Position numbers and translations under genes: made by a program. A stretch of 64,000 nucleotides of DNA from NCBI GenBank assembly GCA_963790025.1, contig CAWBMP010000002.1:160001-224000 (forward strand), given 5' to 3'. Every line of letters begins with the position of its first letter. Position 1 is the stretch's first letter. The notes under the pieces are model-generated. The model worked only from the letters and a program-made list of their open reading frames with translations, was not told the origin of the DNA and did not search any database. This stretch comes from Nitrospirota bacterium. Its GTDB lineage: Bacteria; Nitrospirota; Thermodesulfovibrionia; Thermodesulfovibrionales; Dissulfurispiraceae. Positions 50,719-59,403 of this stretch are shown piece by piece.

Positions 50719-51585
50719 TCACACGCTCAGAACTGGAATCGGCACCGCGCAAATGATTGCGTAGCCGTGGGTCCGCAGGTGACCTCCATAAGGCCGGCAA
50801 CCGGTAACCAGCAAGTCCGCCTTCGTCTGTTTCGCAGCTTGACTCAGCACCTTGGGCACGTCACCACTACCGATAAATACGTCTGCCTTGATGCCCATGA
50901 CTTGCTGGAACTCTGCTATATGCCGAGAAGCATTGCCGACAAGCGCCTCTTTCAACTCTCCATCAACGTTGCTGCCGCCCGGCCCCCACAACTCCACCCC
51001 GGGAGTGACGTGGGCAAGCGTAAGACGGGCACCAAATTCGGCGGCCATTTGAGAGGCACATGACACAGCTTTATGATTATAGGTTGTGAAATCGACTGCG
51101 CACAGGACATTGCGGATAGCAAACTTCTGCACTGACAGTTCTTCCACGTGGGCGTCGGTCCAAACCGGGCACTCGGTCCCGTGTAAAACTTTCGCCGTCA
51201 CAGAGCCCAGAAGAAACTGGCTGAACGTGTGGCCATAGGACGGCATCATTATCAGGTCGGCTTTTTCCTTCTCGGCCGTCTGCACAATTGCCTGGGCCGC
51301 GTTGCCTTTGACCAATACGCGCTGAATGGCAAGGTCATCAAGCTCCGGCCCGAGAGACCGGTCCAGGTTTTTCTCGGCCTCTCTGGTGATCTCCGTGAGC
51401 ATATCCCAACCAGCCAGCCCTGGACCATCCTCTGGCACACCGGCGGTGTGGCTCAGCGCTGTCAGGACATGGAGCATCACGATCTCAGAGTGGAAATGAC
51501 GGGCCAATGCCGCAGCCTGATGAATCACATGCAGCGAGGTATCCGGGAAATCAACCGGAAGAAGAATTTTTTTAATATTCAGCAT
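50719..51585 (-). CDS. Tandem universal stress protein
   Basis: KKILLPVDF, ADLIMM, LLGSVTAKVL, second USP domain ending PIPVLSV. Confidence 0.92.
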   Translation of the reverse strand: MLNIKKILLPVDFPDTSLHVIHQAAALARHFHSEIVMLHVLTALSHTAGVPEDGPGLAGWDMLTEITREAEKNLDRSLGPELDDLAIQRVLVKGNAAQAIVQTAEKEKADLIMMPSYGHTFSQFLLGSVTAKVLHGTECPVWTDAHVEELSVQKFAIRNVLCAVDFTTYNHKAVSCASQMAAEFGARLTLAHVTPGVELWGPGGSNVDGELKEALVGNASRHIAEFQQVMGIKADVFIGSGDVPKVLSQAAKQTKADLLVTGCRPYGGHLRTHGYAIICAVPIPVLSV

Positions 51586-51609
51586 CGCTCTGCCTGTTTA
51601 TGGTCCACT

Positions 51610-51975
51610 TTAGGGCTGACTTCCCCCTTTACTCTTTCTATGCGTACTGTCAGCAAATGAATAGCCGACAGCCTTAATAGTACTGAGGAATTCCGGTGAT
51701 TGCCCGCTGATTGTAACATGCTTGCCCAGCCTATTCCCCATTTTGTAACATATTGAAATTATGTCCAGGCATGAAGTATCTATTACCGTCACTTTTCCAA
51801 AATCCAGAAAAAGATTATCCACGGATAAGAGTGCCTCTAAAATTGCCGATTTCAGGTTTGCCTCCTGCTGCAAGGTCAATTCACCGGATACAGATAAAAT
51901 CCCAACAGTATTTGTTTCGGCCCTACTAAATGATATCACAGGAATCCTCGAATTAAGTTGATCAAAACAATTCAC
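51610..51975 (-). CDS. STAS domain protein
   Basis: LSVSGELT...LDFGKVTVIDTS. Confidence 0.75.
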   Translation of the reverse strand: MNCFDQLNSRIPVISFSRAETNTVGILSVSGELTLQQEANLKSAILEALLSVDNLFLDFGKVTVIDTSCLDIISICYKMGNRLGKHVTISGQSPEFLSTIKAVGYSFADSTHRKSKGGSQP

Positions 51976-52408
51976 TGATGTGGGCTATTATATTTTTTCT
52001 TATGTATCGACTATTTGCTAAATTTCTTGTCACCACATAAGACTTAATCACGCGCATGGCATGTTCTCCTCCAATATTAAATTTAAGTCGCATATTACTG
52101 CCGAAAAGTTACACAAAAGCGTCATAGACTATTTTTTTTGCCTCCACTTGAACGTAGGGAGAGCAAGCGGTGTGCAATTCTATAAATCCTAAAATTGTTT
52201 GGTTTCATTGTAACTTTCTGATTATCCCCTCCGACTTATTTAATATGAAATCCGTCAAGGGGTGGAACATTCATTTTGAAAGCCTGTCCACAGAAATTAA
52301 AACTGCAGTGATGGATCTCTTATTCCACCTCAACAGGGCACTGCTGATTTCCAGTTTTAACATCGTACTTGCCTTTGCCCTTTTATTCCTTGAAAGAAAA
52401 GGGGATGC

Positions 52409-52870
52409 ATGATGTTTGCAAGGCACGGGAGTTATCTGAGAAATCTTATCTATGGAGGATATGCTTTGTTCTTTTGTTTTTTTTCAGTTGTGTTGCCTTT
52501 TCCAGCTCAGGCCGCTGATCCTTCAAATGTGGATACAACGCCTGATCAGATAATCTCAAAATTGAAAGATCGCCTCCATCTTACGGAAGACCAGGAAACA
52601 AGGGTAAGGCCTGTCATTGAGGAATTTGTCAATAAACGCGGCCAGATTATGGGAAACAGCATGATGGATGCAAAAACGAAAAGAAGTTCATTACAGCAGC
52701 TTCAATGGTCCACGGATATGCGGCTCGGCCAGATTTTTACAGAGGATCAGATGACGGTGTACCAAAGGCTACGGGAGGAACAGAATGAACGCCAGCATGG
52801 CGACACGCGACAAGGCGGTGACATGCAACGTAGCAGAGGCTCGCGCTCAGGCGGACAAATTGGTTTCTGA
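52409..52870 (+). CDS. Exported helical protein, Spy/CpxP-like
   Basis: Signal peptide ending AQA; L.LTEDQ and IFTEDQ (LTxxQ) motifs. Confidence 0.7.
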   Translation: MMFARHGSYLRNLIYGGYALFFCFFSVVLPFPAQAADPSNVDTTPDQIISKLKDRLHLTEDQETRVRPVIEEFVNKRGQIMGNSMMDAKTKRSSLQQLQWSTDMRLGQIFTEDQMTVYQRLREEQNERQHGDTRQGGDMQRSRGSRSGGQIGF

Positions 52871-52918
52871 GTAAAGTGATTGCTCATTCTGGCCAATTTG
52901 AGCGGGCATTAGGAGAGC

Positions 52919-53196
52919 TTGGATCTGATCGACGATAAATGCACAACAAAAAAGGTAACCTTTGAGCAAAGGATCAACGGCTCTCTGTTCATCCTAAGCA
53001 ATGGCGTGAGACTCACCTATAAGGTGATTACTGAAAGACCAAAAATTTCACAGAAGAAAACAGTGCGACGCAAAAAATCCAGCGTTCCCTCGAAGGATCA
53101 TCCCTGGAGAAAAAGCATAATTCAGAACAGCCTTCCCAAAAGAAAATTTAACCCTTACTCATACTGAAAAGGGGACATTTCTAAATTGGCGTAACA
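52919..53196 (+). mobile_element. Right-end remnant of an IS (ISNCY/IS1202-like transposase C-terminus plus terminal IR)
   Basis: KVTFEQRINGSL...LTY..ITERP...P.KDHPWRK; followed by ggggacatttctaaattggcgtaACA. Confidence 0.65.
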
Positions 53197-53320
53197 GAAA
53201 TAAGAAGCTGGAAGCTATTCTGACATTGTGGAGAGTCAAAAGTGCGGACTCATATTTGATCCCGATACGGGACAGTGTGCCACATCTCTGAAGATTATGA
53301 ATTCATACTAGACTGAAGAT

Positions 53321-53483
53321 TGCAAATCGGCAGTGATTTTTGACCCATCATCGGCGTCCAATTGACCCGCTCATTCTGATGTTAACTGCTTTTTGCAGCA
53401 ATAGGTTACTATGTCAAATGACGGGTCACAGTTAAGTGCCGATAATGCCAAAATGTGGGTCAAATTTGCCGCGCCTGTCAACA
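53321..53483. mobile_element. IS21-family-like MITE (163 bp)
   Basis: TGCAAATCGGCagtgattttTGACCCA ... TGGGTCAaatttgccgcgcctgtcaACA, with internal repeated TGACCC sites. Confidence 0.7.
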
Positions 53484-53576
53484 TATGCTGCATTGTTGCG
53501 CACCAGGTCTGATATAATTACAATAGTATGAATGAAAATTATTACGTAAGTAATCTTTCATTTTAAGGAGGATTCG

Positions 53577-54134
53577 ATGAAGAAATCGCTTGGTGCAAAA
53601 ACACTTGCCTACCCGACCCCGGTATGGGTCATAGGAACATACGATAAGAGCGGAAAGCCAAACGTGATGACTATAGCATGGGGAGGAATTTGCTGTTCTA
53701 AGCCACCCTGTGTTGCTATATCTCTCAGAAAAGCTACTTATACTTATGGCAATATTATTGAACGGAAAGCATTTACTGTAAATATTCCCTCCGAGACTTA
53801 TGCAAAGGAGACTGATTATTTTGGCATAGTTTCAGGTAAGGACACAGATAAGTTTTTAACGACAGGGCTTACTGCAACTAAAGGTGACTTAGTAGATGCT
53901 CCTTATGTAAAAGAATTTCCAATTATTTTAGAATGCAGGGTTAATCATACAATAGAAATCGGCTTACACACCCAATTTATAGGCGAAATCATGGATGTTA
54001 AAGCAGATGAATCCGTGCTTGACGACGATGGACGCCCTGATATAGAGAAGATTAGACCTATCGTTTTTAGTCCCGAAGTGCGCAAATATCATAAAATTGG
54101 AGACTGTATTGGCGAAGCTTTCAAGATTTTTTGA
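53577..54134 (+). CDS. Flavin reductase (flavoredoxin-like) family protein
   Basis: [35 protein letters not shown]. Confidence 0.9.
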   Translation: MKKSLGAKTLAYPTPVWVIGTYDKSGKPNVMTIAWGGICCSKPPCVAISLRKATYTYGNIIERKAFTVNIPSETYAKETDYFGIVSGKDTDKFLTTGLTATKGDLVDAPYVKEFPIILECRVNHTIEIGLHTQFIGEIMDVKADESVLDDDGRPDIEKIRPIVFSPEVRKYHKIGDCIGEAFKIF

Positions 54135-54145
54135 ACTATAAAGCC

Positions 54146-54790
54146 TCATCCCTTTGATAGTCTTTGTCCCATCTCAAATGCTTTATTACAATCAAGAGGA
54201 AACACTTCCTTACGCCTCTTAGCCTTACTCTCAGGATCAAATCTGGGAGCAAAATATTTGGAGTAGTCCTTAAACTGAAAAGTGTCAAAGGAGCACAGTG
54301 ACTCTGAAGACCCAAATGTCCTTGTCAGGAACATTGAAATCAAATTCATGAACTGACTGTAGGCCAACTGGTTCATGCCTTCTTCAGTAACACCCATCGT
54401 ATAGATGAACCCAGTTTTTATTTGCCGGTTAAAAAGCGAGCCTGGGGGGTCCGTATATGTCAGATACTGAAATACGAGCCGTTCCAAAAATGAGCGCATC
54501 TCTCCTGTAACATTTCCCAAATAAATGGGCGAGCCAAAAATGAGAGTATCAGCGCCCTCAATTTTCTGGAAAACAGGCTTAAGGTCATCAGTGACAACGC
54601 ATTTTCCATAACTCTTTCCACCCTTTTCCTTACATGCAAAACAGCTTATACATCCTCTGTAGTTGAGATCGTAGAGGTGAATAAGTTTTGTTTTTGCTCC
54701 CTGAGATTTTGCTCCTTCCAATGCTTTTTCAAGCAACATTGCTGTGTTCCAGTGCTTTCGTGGACTACCATTAAATGCAATAACTTTCAT
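54146..54790 (-). CDS. Flavodoxin-fold NADPH-dependent FMN reductase / iron-sulfur flavoprotein
   Basis: NGSPRK..NT, GCISCFAC...C, GSPIY. Confidence 0.9.
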   Translation of the reverse strand: MKVIAFNGSPRKHWNTAMLLEKALEGAKSQGAKTKLIHLYDLNYRGCISCFACKEKGGKSYGKCVVTDDLKPVFQKIEGADTLIFGSPIYLGNVTGEMRSFLERLVFQYLTYTDPPGSLFNRQIKTGFIYTMGVTEEGMNQLAYSQFMNLISMFLTRTFGSSESLCSFDTFQFKDYSKYFAPRFDPESKAKRRKEVFPLDCNKAFEMGQRLSKG

Positions 54791-54862
54791 ATGTAACCCT
54801 CCTTTGCCCACCTTCTATAGCTGCGAATGATGTTGACTGTGGATTTCTGAGATAATGTGTCA

Positions 54863-56923
54863 CTATGACCCAATCTTGGGAAGACTGAAATAAAATGTGG
54901 CACCCTGTTCCTTAACGCCTTCAGCCCATGTCATACCGTTATGGCGCGAAATAATGCGCCTGACGCTGGCAAGGCCGATGCCTGTGCCTTCAAATTCATC
55001 CTGCGTATGTAGACGCTGGAATACCCCGAACAGCTTATCCGCGGATGCCATGTCAAATCCCACGCCATTGTCTTTCACGAAAAATACGATCGCGTTCCCC
55101 TCGTCTTTGCACCCAATGCTGATTTCAGCCTCAGTACGTGTACGAGTATATTTCACAGCATTCGACACAAGATTGACAAGTACCAGCCTCAGCATCGATT
55201 GATCGCCATATACGTCAGGCAGTTCATTGATTTTCCATATAATATTGCGGTCTTTTGCAGCAGTTTGAATTTCAAATACCACTTCCCTTATGATAATATT
55301 GAAATTAATTTTTTCCATTTTCATTTCTGAACGCCCAACGCGAGAAAAGGCGAGCAGATCATCAATAAGCACCTCCATCCTCTTTGCGGCGCCGACTATT
55401 GTTGCCGCATATCCATGAGCTTTTTCATCAGGGTGTTCAAGCAGTCTTTTTTGCAACAGTTCCGCAAAACCCGTCATATGTCGAAGTGGAGCGCGAAGAT
55501 CGTGGGAAACCGAGTAGCTGAATGCATCAAGCTCTTTGTTTGCAGCTTCAAGCTTCTCGATTATTTCCTTCAATTTCTCTTCCGCACGCTTTCGCTCGGT
55601 GATGTTTCTTGCAATCGCCGAGGCCCCCGTTATTTTGCCGGTGGAATCCTTAACGGGTGATATTGTTACAGAAACATCTATAATATCGCCGCCTTTTTTC
55701 ATGCGCGCCGTTTCGTATTGATCGACTCGTTTTCCATATCTGACCTGTTCAAGAAGAAAAAAAACTTCATCGCTATGATCAGGCGGGACCAAGAATGATA
55801 TGGGACGTCCAATGGCTTCCTCTTTTGTATAGTCATAAAGCCTTTCCGCGCCGGAGTTCCAGCTTGTAACGATACCATCCAAAGTTTTGCCTATAATAGC
55901 ATCATCAGATGATTCAACAAGGGCTGCCAGTTTGGAAATAGCTTCCTCGGCTTGCTTGCGCTCATGTATGTAACGGTAAAGCAGCCATGCCCCCAAAAGT
56001 GTTAAAAGGAAAAACAGTACCAGTATTGCCGACATTTTTGTATTTTCGTTCCGCCACTCGGCAAGATAATCCTCTCTGGCTAATCCGACAAGTATATAAA
56101 GCGGGTAGGCGTAGATTTTTCGGAAAGAATATATTCGTTGGATTCCATCAATAGTAGAACGGGCTTCATACGTTACTGACGTTTGACCCCTTCTAAAAAA
56201 TCCCAGGATATCGGCAGATTTTGACTTCTTGCCGATGATACCGCCATCCCGTTGCGGTTCCGGATAACGAGAAAGAATAGTGATTTCATTGTCGAATAAT
56301 GTGACAACACCGTGTTTGCCCACGTTAACCCTTGAGAATGCCTCGGCAAACTTCTCCAGTATGATCGCCGTATAGACTATACCTGCAAATGAACCGTTGG
56401 GGTGATTAAACCGGCGGGCAATGACTACTACCCTTTTACCGGAGATGCGACCAATAATCGGCTTTGAGATGAAAATTCCACTTTTGGAGTTATTGGATAG
56501 GGAAATGAAATAATCGCGGTCGGCAACATTTATCGGAGAGCTTGGCACCACAGATGTCCCGTATAAAACAAAACCCTGTGCATTGCTCATTCTCAGACTG
56601 TCAATTTCCGGTATAAGGGCTTTCTGCCGGGCTATATATGCATTAAATACTCGCCTATTGATACCTCCGCCGGCAAGCTGTTTCTCAGCTTCATCTGCTA
56701 CTGTCAGCAGTGCATTATCAGTCTTTGTAATGACTCCATTGATATACTCCTCAAGTACCTGTGACAGGTTCTGGGTCGTAATAGCAGCCGTTTCCTCATA
56801 CTGAAGACGGCTTTGACGGATGGAAATGCCAACTAATACAAGAATGACAAGGTTGACCAGCAGGACCCATATTGCCAATTGCTTTCGAAAAGCAGCGGTA
56901 GAGGCTGTTTCTTCCATTGGCAA
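54863..56923 (-). CDS. Membrane sensor histidine kinase (dCache plus PAS)
   Basis: Two TM segments flanking a Cache domain (VADRDYF), PAS, SVSHDLRAPL, DNGVGF, GTGIGL. Confidence 0.92.
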   Translation of the reverse strand: MPMEETASTAAFRKQLAIWVLLVNLVILVLVGISIRQSRLQYEETAAITTQNLSQVLEEYINGVITKTDNALLTVADEAEKQLAGGGINRRVFNAYIARQKALIPEIDSLRMSNAQGFVLYGTSVVPSSPINVADRDYFISLSNNSKSGIFISKPIIGRISGKRVVVIARRFNHPNGSFAGIVYTAIILEKFAEAFSRVNVGKHGVVTLFDNEITILSRYPEPQRDGGIIGKKSKSADILGFFRRGQTSVTYEARSTIDGIQRIYSFRKIYAYPLYILVGLAREDYLAEWRNENTKMSAILVLFFLLTLLGAWLLYRYIHERKQAEEAISKLAALVESSDDAIIGKTLDGIVTSWNSGAERLYDYTKEEAIGRPISFLVPPDHSDEVFFLLEQVRYGKRVDQYETARMKKGGDIIDVSVTISPVKDSTGKITGASAIARNITERKRAEEKLKEIIEKLEAANKELDAFSYSVSHDLRAPLRHMTGFAELLQKRLLEHPDEKAHGYAATIVGAAKRMEVLIDDLLAFSRVGRSEMKMEKINFNIIIREVVFEIQTAAKDRNIIWKINELPDVYGDQSMLRLVLVNLVSNAVKYTRTRTEAEISIGCKDEGNAIVFFVKDNGVGFDMASADKLFGVFQRLHTQDEFEGTGIGLASVRRIISRHNGMTWAEGVKEQGATFYFSLPKIGS

Positions 56924-57041
56924 CTATTTTATCACAGGGCTTTATCCGCGGTCACCATGCTGCTATACAATGACATATCATTACGCTAATGGCAACAAAT
57001 TCCAGGCGTGCTCTTCATATAGTCGAAGTACTCTGTCGAGC

Positions 57042-57290
57042 CTACTCCTCGACAAGTTGCCACTCAGCGTAACCGTCTTTCCTATCAAGAAACTTCCTAC
57101 CGGTTAATCTGACGCCGGCTATTGTAGGATGCGTCTTGATATTTATATAGGCTCTTATCAGATTGGCTATTGTCGCTTCTTGCAGTGTAAATTCCGTATC
57201 ATCTTGAAGTACAATAGTTGTCCTCAGGTGCTTATGACCCTCCGGTATCTCAACCAGTAATTCCTTCACATCTTCATTTCTAATTATCAT
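57042..57290 (-). CDS. Small hypothetical protein, divergent from the peptide/radical SAM locus
   Basis: AAGGAG RBS; IPEGHKHLR...QEATIA...RAY...THP...GYAEWQL. Confidence 0.75.
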   Translation of the reverse strand: MIIRNEDVKELLVEIPEGHKHLRTTIVLQDDTEFTLQEATIANLIRAYINIKTHPTIAGVRLTGRKFLDRKDGYAEWQLVEE

Positions 57291-57413
57291 GAAAGCTCCT
57301 TTTCACTCGCCACGCTAACCGTTTTACAATGATTTTAGCATACAATTGAATTATGCCGACCCCGGTACACGTTGTGGCACATTCCCGTATATTAAATAGA
57401 AAAATTCTGGCAT

Positions 57414-57456
57414 TTGACAAACAGTAAAAATAAGTTATTCTATAGATATAATCTAT
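57414..57456 (+). promoter_or_regulatory. Promoter for the peptide/radical SAM operon with an overlapping palindrome
   Basis: TTGACA (57414-57419)-16 nt-TATTCT; palindrome ATAGAT-ata-ATCTAT (57442-57456). Confidence 0.5.
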
Positions 57457-57498
57457 TTGTATCGGTAAACCTATAGACTGAAGGGAGGTGAAAGAAGG

Positions 57499-57621
57499 AT
57501 GAAAAAGACATTGTCCGCAAGGGCCCTCGCGAAAGAAACTGCTTTCTGGGATAACCTGAAACAGACTGCAAAAGAAAATCCTGGGAAAACATGTCACAAG
57601 TGAAAGGGTTGAAAGAGTTAA
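57499..57621 (+). CDS. Putative selenocysteine-containing RiPP precursor (40 aa with U35 and U38; 34 aa if the first UGA is a stop)
   Basis: GGGAGGTG RBS; MKKTLSARALAKETAFWDNLKQTAKENPGKTCHK-TGA-KG-TGA-KS-TAA. Confidence 0.7.
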
Positions 57622-57622
57622 A

Positions 57623-57639
57623 GTTGCCGGTTCGGCAAC
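57623..57639 (+). promoter_or_regulatory. Bacterial SECIS-like hairpin
   Basis: gttgcc-GGTTC-ggcaac; 16 nt and 25 nt separate the two UGAs from the loop, and the loop starts with G. Confidence 0.6.
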
Positions 57640-57647
57640 GAAAAAAA

Positions 57648-57703
57648 AGGCAGATATGAACGCTAAATACCGGCAGAATTGGTACCAATCGTCATATCTG
57701 CCT
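57648..57703 (+). other. Intergenic stem-loop between precursor and maturase genes
   Basis: Perfect 12-bp IR aggcagatatga / tcatatctgcct. Confidence 0.65.
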
Positions 57704-57719
57704 GTTATTTTGATAATAA

Positions 57720-58808
57720 ATGGCAATGATGGATGCTAAATCTGAAATCATACGGAAACCAATGTCAATAAACGAACCTCTGGAATTCTTCATTCAGCTG
57801 CATCTTACGGAGAGATGTAACCTCAAATGCACGCACTGCTATCAATCCGGAGAGAGCCCGGATGAGATGTCTTTGGCCGAGATAAGAAGTGTAATCAGTG
57901 AGGTTGCTGATATGCTCAGGGAATGGTCAGCGGCTTACGATGTTACTTTTTCTTCCAGTTTCAATATCACCGGCGGTGAGCCGTTTCTTAGACAGGACAT
58001 TTTCGATGTACTGGAGGAACTAACCAAGCAAGGAATTGATGCCTATTTGCTTTCTAACGGGATACTCATCAGTCGGGATAAGGCTGAAATGCTTGCTCAG
58101 TTGGGAGTGAAAGGAGTACAGGTAAGCATTGAGGGCCCGGAAGATATTCATGACGCAATAAGAGGCAAGGGAAGTCTGAAGCGGTCTCTTGCAGGAATAA
58201 AATACCTCCTTGATGCTGGAATAGAAGTGACCTTGAATACAACGCTTTCCGATATAAATGCCCCGTATTTTTTGGACGTAATAGCCCTGGCATCTTCAAT
58301 AGGCGTTCAGAAGTTGGGGTTTTCAAGGCTGGTACCGTCCGGAAGTGCGAGAAAATTATTGAATAGAATGCTTACTAAAGAAGTCCTGGAGGTTTTGTAC
58401 AGCAAAATATTTTCGCTGAATACCGGCAACCTGAAAATTGTCACGGGTGACCCCGTAGCGTCACAGTTTAGAAAACCAGTGAGTGAAGAGGGTAATAACT
58501 CCTTTCCATCCGGTGGATGCGCGGCAGGTGTCTCGGGCTTGACAATCCTGCCTGATGGAACAGTAACTCCATGCAGAAGACTTCCTGTTCCTATTGGAAA
58601 TGTAAGAACAGATTCTCTGAGGGAGATATGGTCGACATCGGAGGTCTTAAACTCACTGAGGGACAGGTCCGGATACGATGGGAAATGCGGCGGATGCAAA
58701 AAATGGTCAGCATGCAGAGGGTGCAGAGCAATAGCTTATGAATTTTCATGTTCTCATGGGACAACAAATTACCTGGCAGAGGACCCACAGTGTTTTCTGC
58801 AAAACTGA
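57720..58808 (+). CDS. Radical SAM/SPASM domain enzyme, putative peptide maturase
   Basis: CNLKCTHC, TGGEP, SPASM cysteines CAAG...TPC...CGGC..WSACRGC...C. Confidence 0.9.
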   Translation: MAMMDAKSEIIRKPMSINEPLEFFIQLHLTERCNLKCTHCYQSGESPDEMSLAEIRSVISEVADMLREWSAAYDVTFSSSFNITGGEPFLRQDIFDVLEELTKQGIDAYLLSNGILISRDKAEMLAQLGVKGVQVSIEGPEDIHDAIRGKGSLKRSLAGIKYLLDAGIEVTLNTTLSDINAPYFLDVIALASSIGVQKLGFSRLVPSGSARKLLNRMLTKEVLEVLYSKIFSLNTGNLKIVTGDPVASQFRKPVSEEGNNSFPSGGCAAGVSGLTILPDGTVTPCRRLPVPIGNVRTDSLREIWSTSEVLNSLRDRSGYDGKCGGCKKWSACRGCRAIAYEFSCSHGTTNYLAEDPQCFLQN

Positions 58809-58814
58809 AAAAGG

Positions 58815-59357
58815 ATGGTTGAAATGGCTAAATGGATTATAGATTCTGATCACTCAGTAGCAGCATTTTCTGTCCACCACATGATGATTGCGTATGTTCG
58901 CGGTCAGTTCAATAGAATTGAAGGGACTATTTTTTTTGATCCTCTGAACATTAATAACTCTTCAATCGCGCTGTCCATCGATGCCTCAAGCATTTTTACG
59001 GGGATACAGAAACGTGACGACCACCTGAAAAGCCCCGATTTTTTTGATATCGATACTTATCCCACCATCTCTTTTAAATCCAGCCGGATAGATTCAGGGA
59101 ATGGTAACAAGGTAAAAGTGACCGGCGGCTTAACAATACATGGCATAACACGTGAGACATCTGTCTTGGCAGAATTTTCAGGGCCTGTAAAAGACCCTTT
59201 TGGAGACGGATTAAGCATGGGCTTTTCAGTATCAGCCACAATAAACCGCGAAGACTATAAGATTATGTGGAATCAGCCAATGGCCGACAATGGCATCATG
59301 GTTGGCAGGGAAGTCCAGCTTTTTATAGATGTGGAAGCTGATCTTGACACTGAATAA
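58815..59357 (+). CDS. yceI: YceI family protein
   Basis: W.ID.DHS..FSV.HMM...VRG.F, RDDHLKS.DFFD...YP.I.F. Confidence 0.92.
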   Translation: MVEMAKWIIDSDHSVAAFSVHHMMIAYVRGQFNRIEGTIFFDPLNINNSSIALSIDASSIFTGIQKRDDHLKSPDFFDIDTYPTISFKSSRIDSGNGNKVKVTGGLTIHGITRETSVLAEFSGPVKDPFGDGLSMGFSVSATINREDYKIMWNQPMADNGIMVGREVQLFIDVEADLDTE

Positions 59358-59403
59358 AATAGTATCGATCTTTTAAAATCAACCGACCCTTGATTTTCGC
59401 TGC

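Noticed and set aside
57052..57059. ACA+AGTTG as the far end and target duplication of the Tn7-like element
   Set aside because: It lies inside an intact CDS (WQLVEE codons) with no adjacent reverse TnsB-like sites; probably chance.
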